DNA of 42,696 bases from an uncultured bacterium (GTDB taxonomy: Bacteria; Gemmatimonadota; Gemmatimonadetes; Longimicrobiales; RSA9): assembly GCA_937995995.1 (NCBI GenBank), contig CALKIP010000187.1:1-42696 (forward strand). The letters are read 5' to 3'. Each line of letters opens with the position of its first letter. Positions within the stretch are counted from its first letter, which is position 1. A program made the translations under genes and the position numbers. Of the stretch, positions 16,295 through 25,137 are shown piece after piece. A model generated the notes under the pieces. The model was not told the DNA's origin and did not search any database. It saw nothing but the letters and a program-made list of their open reading frames with translations.

Positions 16295-17449
16295 TCACTC
16301 CTGCTCGACCACGAGGCTCGCGTTTTGGCGGCCCCAGCCGTCATCGACGACGCCCGGGGCATTGTCCGGTACGTACCAGTGTTCGCTATCCAGTACGAAC
16401 ACGAAGTGGTGTAGTCCGGGTTCCAGGACGAGGTCCAGGACCCAGTGATCCCCCGAACGGTCCATCGGCCGAGGAGCCCAGTCGGTGAACGTTCCCGTAA
16501 GGGCGACGCGTTCCGCATCGCCGGCGGGCAGTCGGAAGTGGACCATGCGTCCGCCGTCGACGGCCTTGCCCACCTCCACGACCGGGACCGACGCCGTGAG
16601 GCTGCGGCGCATCATGCGCCAGCTCATACCGAGGCTGGCCGTCACACTCCCCGGACTGGCGTAGAGTGGGTCGGTCGCCGTCTTTTCGACCACGGCATAG
16701 GCCAGAACCCTGTCGGAAAGCTCCAGACTCACACTCCCACTCGCCCCGATCTCGCCCCCTACGGGCGTCGACCAGTGAGAGAGGCCGAGCCGGACGCCGG
16801 CCCCGCCGATCGTGAAGGTGGTTGCGGCGCCGAGCGCAGCATACGTGCCGTCCCGCTCGTCATTGCGGGAGTGGTACGCCTGGCCCGTCGCCTCCACCCA
16901 TACTGGCCCGACGTAGCGGCCGAGCGTCAGCGCCGCGCCCTCCACCGCGAGCGGGCCATCCGTCTCCACATTGAGCGGCAGCGGCACTGGGCGCGACGAG
17001 TCCGGCGGGAGATCGTTCATGAGCGACCAGTGACCGCGGGTCAACTTGCCCCGGAGCACGGCGGTCACGGGGCCGACTCTCCTCATGAGTTCCGGCTCCA
17101 GGACGAAGCCGTAGGCGCTGTAGGAGAGCGGGTGCCGGAAGTCGAGACCGAAGAGCTCGATGCGACTCGCGGCGAGGGAGGAGCCGATTCGGTGCGTGGT
17201 CTCCAAACCGAGGGTGCCGTTGAACCAGCTGCCCCCGCGCGATTGCGCACTTCGCCCGCCGTACGCTGCGGCATCGAAGGCGAACGGCCCCACATCGTCG
17301 ATTTGGAGCCGACCACCGAGCCAGCCGAGCACGGAGGCGTCCAGTGCCGTGGCGCCTGCCGGCGGACGGGCGTTCGCCACGGCCGCATCGAGCCACACGT
17401 CGGCGGACTGGGCATGGAGTTCGGCGCCCGAATTCGCTGCGCCGAACAT
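16295..17449 (-). CDS. putative outer-membrane beta-barrel protein with a C-terminal AMPK-beta/CBM48-like (glycogen-binding type) domain
   Basis: The N-terminal ~270 aa show about 14 amphipathic beta-strand-like segments. The C-terminal ~85 aa are VHFRLPAGDAERVALTGTFTDWAP...LEPGLHHFVFVLDSEHWYVPDNAPGVVDDGWGRQNASLVV. Coordinates use the conservative ATG; a CTG at 17497 probably extends the protein by a signal peptide (see findings). Confidence 0.65.
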   Translation of the reverse strand: MFGAANSGAELHAQSADVWLDAAVANARPPAGATALDASVLGWLGGRLQIDDVGPFAFDAAAYGGRSAQSRGGSWFNGTLGLETTHRIGSSLAASRIELFGLDFRHPLSYSAYGFVLEPELMRRVGPVTAVLRGKLTRGHWSLMNDLPPDSSRPVPLPLNVETDGPLAVEGAALTLGRYVGPVWVEATGQAYHSRNDERDGTYAALGAATTFTIGGAGVRLGLSHWSTPVGGEIGASGSVSLELSDRVLAYAVVEKTATDPLYASPGSVTASLGMSWRMMRRSLTASVPVVEVGKAVDGGRMVHFRLPAGDAERVALTGTFTDWAPRPMDRSGDHWVLDLVLEPGLHHFVFVLDSEHWYVPDNAPGVVDDGWGRQNASLVVEQE

Positions 17450-17493
17450 CAGGAGGAGTCCGCCGGCGACTGACGGAAGCAGCCTACGTCGCC

Positions 17494-18177
17494 TCAGGAC
17501 GTCCTCCCTTCGGGGAGCGCGACATTGATGATCGCATTCCTCATCCCGAAGCCGTCGTCCACGTAGCGCTCTGCCCTGGGATCGGTTTCCCAGCGCTCTC
17601 CGTCGATGAGGAACATGTACTTGTGTAGACCCGGCGGGAGCGGGAAGAGCCCGGTCCAGACGCCATCGCCGTCGGGGTCGCGCAGGTGGAACAGCTCGGG
17701 GTTCCAGTCGTTGAAGTCGCCGGCGACAGCGACTGTACGCGCCTCTTCGCTCGTGAAGACGAACTGGACGTAGACCGCCGGTGTGCCGGTGTCTGTGGTC
17801 GTCGTCGTGGGTGTGGTCGTCGTGGTCGTGGACACCGACGGCTCGGCGGGCGGCTCGAGGCCCGGGATGACCACCAGAAGGAATGCTGCGACGGCAGCGG
17901 CCACGGCCACAGCCGGGCGGACACGCACCGAGTGCGCCTCGACGAACCAGCGAAGAACGCGGCGGGGACGCCTGAACCCGGATGTCCAGGCCGCCGACCG
18001 GTCCGGGAGCGCCTCCATGACCCGGTCCTCTAGCCCGATGGGTGCTTGCTCCCGACGCAGCTCTGCAAAATCGTCCAGGACGGAATCCCAGACCTCGGCT
18101 TCCGAACGCAGCTCGTGCGGCAGCGCATCGCGTGGGATATCGCCGTCCAGATAGCGGTGTAGATCGGGGTGCATCAT
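17494..18177 (-). CDS. single-pass anti-sigma factor with an extracytoplasmic AMPK-beta/CBM48-like domain
   Basis: ATGA overlap with the ECF sigma gene. The N-terminal HPDLHRYLDGDIPRDALP resembles an anti-sigma N-domain. One TM helix (AVAVAAAVAAFLLVVIPG) is followed by a Thr-rich linker (TTTTTPTTTTTDTGTP). Then comes VQFVFTSEEARTVAVAGDFNDWNPE...PPGLHKYMFLIDGERWETDPRAERYVDDGFGMRNAIINV. Confidence 0.75.
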   Translation of the reverse strand: MMHPDLHRYLDGDIPRDALPHELRSEAEVWDSVLDDFAELRREQAPIGLEDRVMEALPDRSAAWTSGFRRPRRVLRWFVEAHSVRVRPAVAVAAAVAAFLLVVIPGLEPPAEPSVSTTTTTTPTTTTTDTGTPAVYVQFVFTSEEARTVAVAGDFNDWNPELFHLRDPDGDGVWTGLFPLPPGLHKYMFLIDGERWETDPRAERYVDDGFGMRNAIINVALPEGRTS

Positions 18178-18731
18178 AGGACCTCCTCCAGCTCGGCCCT
18201 GAGCGCCTCTCGGGCCCGTAGGACCCGCATCTTCAGTGCGGGTACGGATACGTCCAGCATCTCCGAAATCTCATCGTACGATCGTCCCTCCACGTGTTTG
18301 AGAAGGAACGCCTCCCGCTGGATCTCCGGCAACTTCCGGAGTGCCGCCTCGATGAGTCTCCGTAGCTCGTGCCGTTCGGTGTCGAGCGCCGGGTCTTCGT
18401 TCGAGCGGGCCGGCGGGATCGAATCGGAATCCAGACTCACGTCCCGGCGGCGGCGACTCTTGAGGTGGTCCTTGCAGCGGTTTGCCAGGATACGAAAGAG
18501 CCAGGCCCCGAAACGCTCCGGATCACGGCACCGGTCGATATGCGTGTACGCCTTGGCCCGCGCACTCTGGACCAGGTCGGCCGCGACATCGGCGGCACCG
18601 GTCATCCGGAGGGCGTGGCGGTAAAGGACATCCTGGTACCGTCGCACCAGGATCCGATACGCGTCTCGGTCTCCGGCCCGTACACGGGCCACAACGTTGC
18701 CATCCGTCGGTTCCGTGGGTTGCTGCTCCAT
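18174..18731 (-). CDS. ECF-type RNA polymerase sigma factor (sigma-70 family, regions 2 and 4)
   Basis: 185 aa. Region 2 is YRILVRRYQDVLYRHALRMTG...AADLVQSARAKAY...FGAWLFRILANRCKDHLK. Region 4 is LPEIQREAFLLKHVEGRSYDEISEMLDVSVPALKMRVLRAREAL. Confidence 0.9.
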   Translation of the reverse strand: MEQQPTEPTDGNVVARVRAGDRDAYRILVRRYQDVLYRHALRMTGAADVAADLVQSARAKAYTHIDRCRDPERFGAWLFRILANRCKDHLKSRRRRDVSLDSDSIPPARSNEDPALDTERHELRRLIEAALRKLPEIQREAFLLKHVEGRSYDEISEMLDVSVPALKMRVLRAREALRAELEEVL

Positions 18732-18800
18732 ACGGAACGCCTCACTTCCATTGACGCACAGGGGCGGAAAACGTCACCATCATCGGCACCCAGTGCGCTC

Positions 18801-18829
18801 TTGCATCGGTACAGACGGCCGGTTATACT
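18801..18829 (+). promoter_or_regulatory. candidate sigma70-type promoter for citrate synthase
   Basis: TTGCAT (18801-18806), a 17-nt spacer, then TATACT (18824-18829). This is the best consensus match I saw in the window. Confidence 0.45.
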
Positions 18830-18975
18830 CGCCACCGGCCGAGGTTACGCCCCAGCGAGAACGGGGCTGGCTTCCCCGCCGTTGGTGGGGGCAGTCGGCC
18901 CCGTTCTCTTTGGGGCGGGTCGACCACCTGCTAGTGCAGACCAGCCACGCATATTATCGCCCCGGAGGATAGGGT

Positions 18976-20109
18976 ATGTCGAGTCGAGGGTTGGAGGGCG
19001 TCGTCATCGCTGAATCGCGTCTCAGCAAAATCTATGGTGAACAGGGGCGCCTCATCTATAGCGGTTACGAAATCGAGGATCTCGCTGAAAATACAAGCTT
19101 TGAAGAAGTCTGCCACCTTCTGTGGTACGGCGAGCTTCCGAATCGCTCTCAGTTGGACGAGTTGAGCGGCCAACTCGCACGCCATCGGGCCGTGCACCCG
19201 GACCTTATTCAACTTCTTCGCATGCTTCCCGCCGATACGCACCCGATGGCGGCACTGCGCACGGCGGCATCCGCACTCGCCTCGTATGATGAGGAGTCCG
19301 AGGACAACTCGGACGATGCCAATCTGCGCAAGGCGATCCGCATCACCGCGAAGCTGGCCACGCTGACGACCGCCTTCGACCGACTGCGCAACGGCAAGGA
19401 GCCGGTCGAGCCGCGTGAAGACCTGTCTCACGCGGCCAACTTCCTGTACATGCTGCACGGCGAGGAGCCGGGCGAACTGGAGGCGCGGATCATCGACGCC
19501 GCGCTGATCCTGCACGCCGAGCACGGGATGAATGCGTCCACCTTCTCCGCACGGGTGACGGTGGCCACGCTCTCGGACATGCACTCCGGGCTCACGTCGG
19601 CAATCGGTACGCTCAAGGGACCGCTGCACGGCGGCGCGAACGAGCAGGTCATGCGCATGCTCCAGGACATCGGCACGGTGGAGAACGTCGATGACTGGAT
19701 CAAGGGCGCGCTCGACCGCAGGGAACGAATCATGGGCTTCGGGCACCGTGTCTACCGGGCGCTCGACCCCCGTGCGCCGATCCTCAAGCGTCTCGCCGAG
19801 GATCTCGTGGGGCGTGGCGGCAACACCCAATGGCTCGAGATCTCCGAGCGTATCCAGACCGTCATGGCCGAGGAGATGGAGGCGCGCGGGAAGAAGATCT
19901 ACCCGAACGTCGACTTCTTCAGTGCGTCGGTCTACTACACTCTAGGGATCCCGCTCGACCTGTTCACCAATGTCTTCGCCTGTGCGCGCGCGTCCGGGTG
20001 GACGGCACACATGATCGAGCAGTACAAGGACAACCGTCTGATTCGTCCGAAGGCGGAGTACATCGGGCCGGAGGGCCTCAAGGTCCGTCCGATCGACGAG
20101 CGGAGCTGA
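18976..20109 (+). CDS. gltA: citrate synthase (short, ~377-aa type)
   Basis: [48 protein letters not shown] and NVDFFSA motifs. GGAGG precedes the ATG. Confidence 0.92.
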   Translation: MSSRGLEGVVIAESRLSKIYGEQGRLIYSGYEIEDLAENTSFEEVCHLLWYGELPNRSQLDELSGQLARHRAVHPDLIQLLRMLPADTHPMAALRTAASALASYDEESEDNSDDANLRKAIRITAKLATLTTAFDRLRNGKEPVEPREDLSHAANFLYMLHGEEPGELEARIIDAALILHAEHGMNASTFSARVTVATLSDMHSGLTSAIGTLKGPLHGGANEQVMRMLQDIGTVENVDDWIKGALDRRERIMGFGHRVYRALDPRAPILKRLAEDLVGRGGNTQWLEISERIQTVMAEEMEARGKKIYPNVDFFSASVYYTLGIPLDLFTNVFACARASGWTAHMIEQYKDNRLIRPKAEYIGPEGLKVRPIDERS

Positions 20110-20125
20110 GGGGGGAAGGGAAGAC

Positions 20126-21355
20126 ATGAGTGACGGATACAGGTTTGCACAGGTCCCGGACACCGGCGAGACGATCCGGATCGAGCGCGACTCGCTTGTG
20201 GTGCCGGATCGCCCGATCATCCCGTTCATCGAGGGCGACGGCACCGGCCCGGACATCTGGCGCGCGACACGCCGGGTCCTCGAAGCCGCGGTCGAGAAGG
20301 CCTACGGTGGGGAGCGCGCCATCCAGTGGATGGAGATCTACGCCGGTGAGAAGGCGGTAGAGGTCACTGGAGAATGGCTGCCGGAGGAGACGCTCCAGGC
20401 ACTGCGCGAGTTCAAGGTCGGGATCAAGGGGCCGCTCACCACGCCGGTCGGTGGCGGGATCCGCTCACTGAACGTGACGTTGCGTCAGGTCCTCGACCTC
20501 TACGCCTGCATCCGCCCCGTGCGCTACTTCGACGGCACGCCCTCGCCGATGAAGGAGCCGCAGAAGTTGGATGTGGTGATCTTCCGCGAGAACATCGAGG
20601 ACGTCTACGCCGGAATCGAGTGGGCGGCGGGAAGCGAGGAGGCCACGAAGGTCCGCGACTTCCTGGTCGACGAAATGGGCGCCGATATCCGTGAGCAGAG
20701 CGCGATCGGGATCAAGCCGATGAGCGAGTTCGGCTCGAAGCGGCTCGTGGCCGCGGCGATCCGCTACGCGATCCAGCGTGGGCGGTCCTCGGTGACGCTC
20801 GTCCACAAGGGCAACATCATGAAGTTCACCGAGGGCGCCTTCCGTGACTGGGGCTACGAAATCGCACGGGAGCAGTTCGGCCGTCAGACGGTGCCCGAGG
20901 CGGAGGCGACCGAAGGCGACGACCGCATCGTGATCAAGGACCGGATCGCGGATGCGATGTTCCAGCAGCTTCTCCTGCGTCCGGCCGAGTACTCGGTGCT
21001 CGCGATGCCGAACCTGAACGGCGACTACATGTCCGATGCGGCCGCGGCTCAGGTGGGCGGCCTCGGGATGGCGCCCGGTGCCAATATCGGCGACGAGGTG
21101 GCGCTCTTCGAGGCGACGCACGGCACCGCGCCGAAGTACGCGGGTCAGGACAAGGTCAATCCGGGCTCGCTGATCCTGTCCGGAGTGATGATGCTCGAGC
21201 ACCTGGGCTGGTTCGAGGCGGCCGAGCTCGTGGTCAAGGGTCTGGAGCGGGCGATCCAGCAGAAGACGGTCACCTACGATCTCGCCCGGCAGATGGAGGG
21301 CGCAACCAAGGTCTCGACCTCCGGGTTCGGCGAGGCGATCGTCGAGAACATGTAG
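20126..21355 (+). CDS. icd: NADP-dependent isocitrate dehydrogenase (homodimeric prokaryotic type)
   Basis: [61 protein letters not shown] and [12 protein letters not shown]. Confidence 0.93.
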   Translation: MSDGYRFAQVPDTGETIRIERDSLVVPDRPIIPFIEGDGTGPDIWRATRRVLEAAVEKAYGGERAIQWMEIYAGEKAVEVTGEWLPEETLQALREFKVGIKGPLTTPVGGGIRSLNVTLRQVLDLYACIRPVRYFDGTPSPMKEPQKLDVVIFRENIEDVYAGIEWAAGSEEATKVRDFLVDEMGADIREQSAIGIKPMSEFGSKRLVAAAIRYAIQRGRSSVTLVHKGNIMKFTEGAFRDWGYEIAREQFGRQTVPEAEATEGDDRIVIKDRIADAMFQQLLLRPAEYSVLAMPNLNGDYMSDAAAAQVGGLGMAPGANIGDEVALFEATHGTAPKYAGQDKVNPGSLILSGVMMLEHLGWFEAAELVVKGLERAIQQKTVTYDLARQMEGATKVSTSGFGEAIVENM

Positions 21356-21392
21356 GAGATCGGGGCGGCCACCCCGACAAATGCTGGGCGGC

Positions 21393-21430
21393 GGGGCGAG
21401 CGGTTTCGAATCGCTCGCCCCGCTCTTTCA
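21393..21430 (+). terminator. candidate intrinsic terminator after icd
   Basis: ggggcgagcg-gtttcgaat-cgctcgcccc (10-bp stem) followed by gctctttcatatt, a weak U-tract. Confidence 0.5.
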
Positions 21431-21530
21431 TATTGCGGGCGAAGCGCGATCGGCGAGCGCGCCGGGCACGTTCGATCGCGGATCTTTCGCGCGACGGGCA
21501 CTGTAGAACGGGCGGAGACAGGGTAGGCGT

Positions 21531-23060
21531 ATGGCGAATCTCGACATCAAGGTCATCGAAGCGAAGGCGGCGGACGTCGCGGCATCGCTCTTCATCCTCC
21601 CCGCCGTGGAGGGCGAGGCGGAGGTGCGGGGCGCTGCGGCCGAAGTCGATGCGCGGACGGGCGGCCAGATCGCACGCGTGCTGGGCGGTGGCGACTTCCG
21701 CGGCAGGAAGGACGAGTCGCTGCTCCTCTACCCCCGTGAGGGCGAGCTCGCGGCCGAGCGCATCCTCCTCGTGGGAGTGGGAAAGCGTGACGAGCTGTCT
21801 GCAGAGCGTGTGCGGCGTGCACTCGGCACGGCCGTGCGCACGGCAGAACGCGTGGGCGCAGCCCGTCTCGCTCTCGCTATCGATTCCCTGGTGGGCGCGG
21901 GCGACGGGCTCGACGCCCGCGCCGTCGCACGGGCGGCCGCCGAGGGCGCGGAGCTCGCCGCGTGGGAGTTCGGCGAGTTCAAGACCCAGCGCTCCGACGG
22001 TGCGCCGCGGACGGAGATCGCGTCTCTCACCGTGGTCGCCGGGACAGCCGAAGAGGCGGAGGCGTGTGAGGCGGGGGCGCGCTACGGCGCCGTCGTCGCC
22101 CGGGGCGAGAACCTCGCACGCGAGCTCGCGTCCCGGCCCGGAAACGTTGCCACCCCGACGCACCTGGCGGAGGTGGCGGAGCGGATCGCCCGGGAGCGCG
22201 GCCTCGACATCACCGTGCTGGACCGGGAGGCAATGCAGCGCGAAGGGATGGGCGCGCTCCTCTCCGTGGCCGCGGGGAGTGAGCAAGAGCCGCGCTTCAT
22301 CGTGCTGGAGTACAAGGGTGCTGAGTCCGACGACGGCCCACTCGTCCTGGTCGGCAAGGGCGTGACCTTCGATACGGGCGGGATCTCGATCAAGCCGGCA
22401 GGCGGGATGGAGGACATGAAGTTCGACATGTCCGGCGCCGCCGGCGTGCTCGGCGCGATGCAGGCGATCGCCGAACTGGGGCTCAGGGAGCACGTGGTGG
22501 CCTTGATCCCGACGACCGAGAACATGCCTTCGGGGCGTGCGACGAAGCCGGGGGACATCGTGCGGAGCCTCTCGGGGAAGACGATCGAGGTCATCAACAC
22601 CGATGCCGAGGGGCGTCTGATCCTGGCCGACGCACTGGCGTACGCCCAACGCTACAAGCCGCGTGCGATCGTGGACGCCGCGACGTTGACCGGTGCATGC
22701 GTGATCGCACTCGGGCACCACGCCGTCGGGCTCATGGGCAACGACGAGGCGCTGATCGAAGAGGTACGGGCCGCAGGCGAACGGACGGGCGAGCGCTGCT
22801 GGCCACTCCCGCTATGGGACGAATACCGATCTCAGCTCGATAGCGAGTACGCCGACCTGAAGAACACGGGCGGCCGGCCGGCGGGCACGATCACCGCCGG
22901 CTGGTTCCTGCGCGAGTTCGTGGGCGATGTGCCGTGGGCGCATCTAGACATCGCGGGCACGGCGTACGGTGACAGCCCCCCTCCATACCTTCGCAAGGGG
23001 TCGACCGGCGTGCCGACCCGACTTTTCGTGGACTGGGTGAGGGCACGGGCCGAAGGGTGA
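21531..23060 (+). CDS. pepA: leucyl aminopeptidase (peptidase M17)
   Basis: VGKGVTFDTGGISIKP, MKFDMSGAA and NTDAEGRLILADAL, which are M17 signatures. Confidence 0.92.
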   Translation: MANLDIKVIEAKAADVAASLFILPAVEGEAEVRGAAAEVDARTGGQIARVLGGGDFRGRKDESLLLYPREGELAAERILLVGVGKRDELSAERVRRALGTAVRTAERVGAARLALAIDSLVGAGDGLDARAVARAAAEGAELAAWEFGEFKTQRSDGAPRTEIASLTVVAGTAEEAEACEAGARYGAVVARGENLARELASRPGNVATPTHLAEVAERIARERGLDITVLDREAMQREGMGALLSVAAGSEQEPRFIVLEYKGAESDDGPLVLVGKGVTFDTGGISIKPAGGMEDMKFDMSGAAGVLGAMQAIAELGLREHVVALIPTTENMPSGRATKPGDIVRSLSGKTIEVINTDAEGRLILADALAYAQRYKPRAIVDAATLTGACVIALGHHAVGLMGNDEALIEEVRAAGERTGERCWPLPLWDEYRSQLDSEYADLKNTGGRPAGTITAGWFLREFVGDVPWAHLDIAGTAYGDSPPPYLRKGSTGVPTRLFVDWVRARAEG

Positions 23061-24961
23061 AGTCGTTTCAATCCGGCGGCTTCCGATTCCGGTCGGAAGT
23101 CGCCCTGCTCGGGCTGGCGATGGCCCTGACCTTCGCCGGCGATGCGTGGGCCCAGGATCCGCAGCGCCCACCCGACCCGTCCGCAGATACGGTTCCGGCG
23201 GCGGACACGGCCCCGGTGGTTGCGGACTCGCTCGACGTCGAGATTCCCCGGGAGGCCGCTGCGGATACGCTCGAGCCGATCGAGGTGGTGCCCCGGATGT
23301 CCGGAGGCGCGGAGCCGTCATGGCGAGCCGGAATCTGGGAGTGGGACCGCGATGCGCTCCAGGCGAGCGGCGCGATCACGCTCACCGACCTGCTCGAGCG
23401 GATCCCGGGTGTGCAGGCGATACGTTACGGCCTATTTGGACAGCCGGAGGGCGTGAGCGCATGGGGGCTCGCCGGCGGGGGCACCGAGGTGATCCTCGAT
23501 GGCTTCGTACTCGATCCACTTGATGCCGGCACGCATGACCTTTCACGGATCGAGTTGGCCGAGCTCGAGCGCGTCCGCGTGGAGCGCACAGCCGGCCGAA
23601 TGCGTGTGGAGCTCGAGACGATCTCGCCGAGCGATCCCCGGCCGTTCTCGATGATCGAGGCGGGGATGGGCCAGCCGGACAAGTCCAAGATGATCCGGGG
23701 CATCTTCCAGACGCCGCGATTCCTGGGCGGGCCGTTCTCTGTGGCACTGGACCGGGTCGACTCCGAGGGATTCAACCGCGGCGAGCCGGCCAACACCTTT
23801 GCGGGCTGGCTCAAATGGGGCCGCGTGTCCGGGAGTACGGCGCTTCAGTTCGAGTATCGTCAGCACAACCTCGAGCGTGCCCTGCCAGACGGCACCCTCG
23901 GGGACGGCTCGAGACGTGACTGGGTGCTACGCGCGCGTGGAACGCCACTCAAAGGGCTGACCACGGAAGCGTATTTCGGCATGTCCAGCCTCGACGAGCA
24001 GTTGGGTGCGGACCGGACGGCCATGGCCGATGGAACGGCAGCCGGTGACGATGACGACTCGGATGCCGGGCCGGAGCGCATGGAGATCCAGAGCGCCCAG
24101 GCCGGGTTGCGCGCTGCCTACTGGAGCGAGCTGGGGTGGAGTCGGGCCTCGGTCCGGCTGCGAAATCAGCAGGGTCTGCCCGCGGTCGAGACGGAGTTGA
24201 GCGGCGGCCTCACAGCGCTTGGACCACTACATCTGAGCGGGACCGTCGGCTGGAGCGACTGGCGAGATGGCGCGAGCGCCGTCGCCTGGGGCGCCAAAGC
24301 CGAACTCGGCTCCCTCTTCGGCTTCCGACCGTTCGCCGAATTGAGCGGTGGACGGCGCGGCGTGCCGTTCCTCCAAGATTCGACCGGCGCAGCGGTCCTG
24401 ACCGATCGTGCTTCGCTCCGCATCGGTAGCGACTTCCAGTGGAAGGGTCTGCACCTCGGCGGCGCGTTCGTCGCCCAGTATGCGGATTCGGTGGCGGCGT
24501 TCGGCCTTCCGTTCGACCATACGGTAGGCCTCGTTCCGGGCGGCGACATGCGTGGCTGGGAGTTCACGGGCCGTATCCCTCTCCTCTGGGAGCCGCTTTC
24601 GCTCGAAGGCTCCTACGTCCGGTGGATCAGCCCTGCACCCTGGCTTTATACGCCGAAGAAGAGGCTGCGCGCGGCACTGGTCTACTCCCATAGCCCGTTG
24701 CCGAGTGGCAACCTCGAGATCCTCGCCAGGGTCGAGGGGCGGCACCAGGGCGCAATGACGGCGCCGACGCTCGAGGGGACTACCTCACTCGTGGAGCCCT
24801 ACACCGCGTTCGATGCGTACCTCCACCTTCGCATCCTGGATGTCCGTATCTTCGTCCATTGGGAAAACCTCCTGATGACGCCGGACATTCAATACCTGCC
24901 GGAGCGTGCGTTCCCGCGCCAGAGGGTGTTCTACGGCGTGAAATGGCACTTCTGGAACTAG
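23057..24961 (+). CDS. TonB-dependent-receptor-like outer-membrane protein (plug domain plus beta-barrel)
   Basis: The GTG start overlaps the pepA stop (GTGA). The signal peptide is ALLGLAMALTFAGDAWAQ. Plug-like region: ITLTDLLERIPGVQAIRYG...VILDGFVLDP...ELERVRVER. The rest is a long beta-rich C-terminal part ending in aromatic-rich YGVKWHFWN. Confidence 0.6.
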   Translation: MKSFQSGGFRFRSEVALLGLAMALTFAGDAWAQDPQRPPDPSADTVPAADTAPVVADSLDVEIPREAAADTLEPIEVVPRMSGGAEPSWRAGIWEWDRDALQASGAITLTDLLERIPGVQAIRYGLFGQPEGVSAWGLAGGGTEVILDGFVLDPLDAGTHDLSRIELAELERVRVERTAGRMRVELETISPSDPRPFSMIEAGMGQPDKSKMIRGIFQTPRFLGGPFSVALDRVDSEGFNRGEPANTFAGWLKWGRVSGSTALQFEYRQHNLERALPDGTLGDGSRRDWVLRARGTPLKGLTTEAYFGMSSLDEQLGADRTAMADGTAAGDDDDSDAGPERMEIQSAQAGLRAAYWSELGWSRASVRLRNQQGLPAVETELSGGLTALGPLHLSGTVGWSDWRDGASAVAWGAKAELGSLFGFRPFAELSGGRRGVPFLQDSTGAAVLTDRASLRIGSDFQWKGLHLGGAFVAQYADSVAAFGLPFDHTVGLVPGGDMRGWEFTGRIPLLWEPLSLEGSYVRWISPAPWLYTPKKRLRAALVYSHSPLPSGNLEILARVEGRHQGAMTAPTLEGTTSLVEPYTAFDAYLHLRILDVRIFVHWENLLMTPDIQYLPERAFPRQRVFYGVKWHFWN

Positions 24962-25000
24962 GGCGAGTGGCGACTCGGTCCACGAACCGCGTACGCGAGC

Positions 25001-25028
25001 CCGGCGTCGATCTCCACTCCGACGCCGG
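25001..25028 (+). terminator. GC-rich hairpin downstream of the outer-membrane protein gene (possible terminator, no U-tract)
   Basis: ccggcgtcg-(10-nt loop)-cgacgccgg, a 9-bp stem. Confidence 0.3.
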
Positions 25029-25085
25029 TCGCTTCGGACCCGCTACCGGCGTCGCAGCCGGATTGGGGTTTCGGCCGTCTTCACG

Positions 25086-25114
25086 TTGACCGAACCCTGT
25101 CAGCGCCGTACCTT
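25086..25114 (+). promoter_or_regulatory. candidate promoter for the yicC-gmk-rpoZ-coaBC-udg chain
   Basis: TTGACC, a 17-nt spacer, then TACCTT. GGAGG lies 4-5 nt before the ATG at 25138. Confidence 0.35.
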
Positions 25115-25137
25115 ACGCCGACTTTTCCGGAGGCGCG

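Noticed and set aside
17785-17830. Imperfect GGT/CGT trinucleotide repeats encoding the Thr-rich linker of the anti-sigma factor
   Set aside because: This is simple in-frame low-complexity coding sequence for a flexible linker. Slippage is possible, but there is no evidence of phase variation and no frameshift potential, because the units are 3 nt.
18891-18902. 12-nt identity (gcagtcggcccc) between the citrate synthase leader and hairpin 3 after gap (40558-40569)
   Set aside because: A single 12-mer match is expected by chance many times among all position pairs in 42.7 kb of GC-biased DNA. The flanks do not extend the similarity.
21270-22721. 483-aa minus-strand ORF antisense to pepA
   Set aside because: It is a shadow ORF of a clearly identified M17 peptidase gene. 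The composition is Arg/Pro/Gly-rich, with no motifs and no RBS context.
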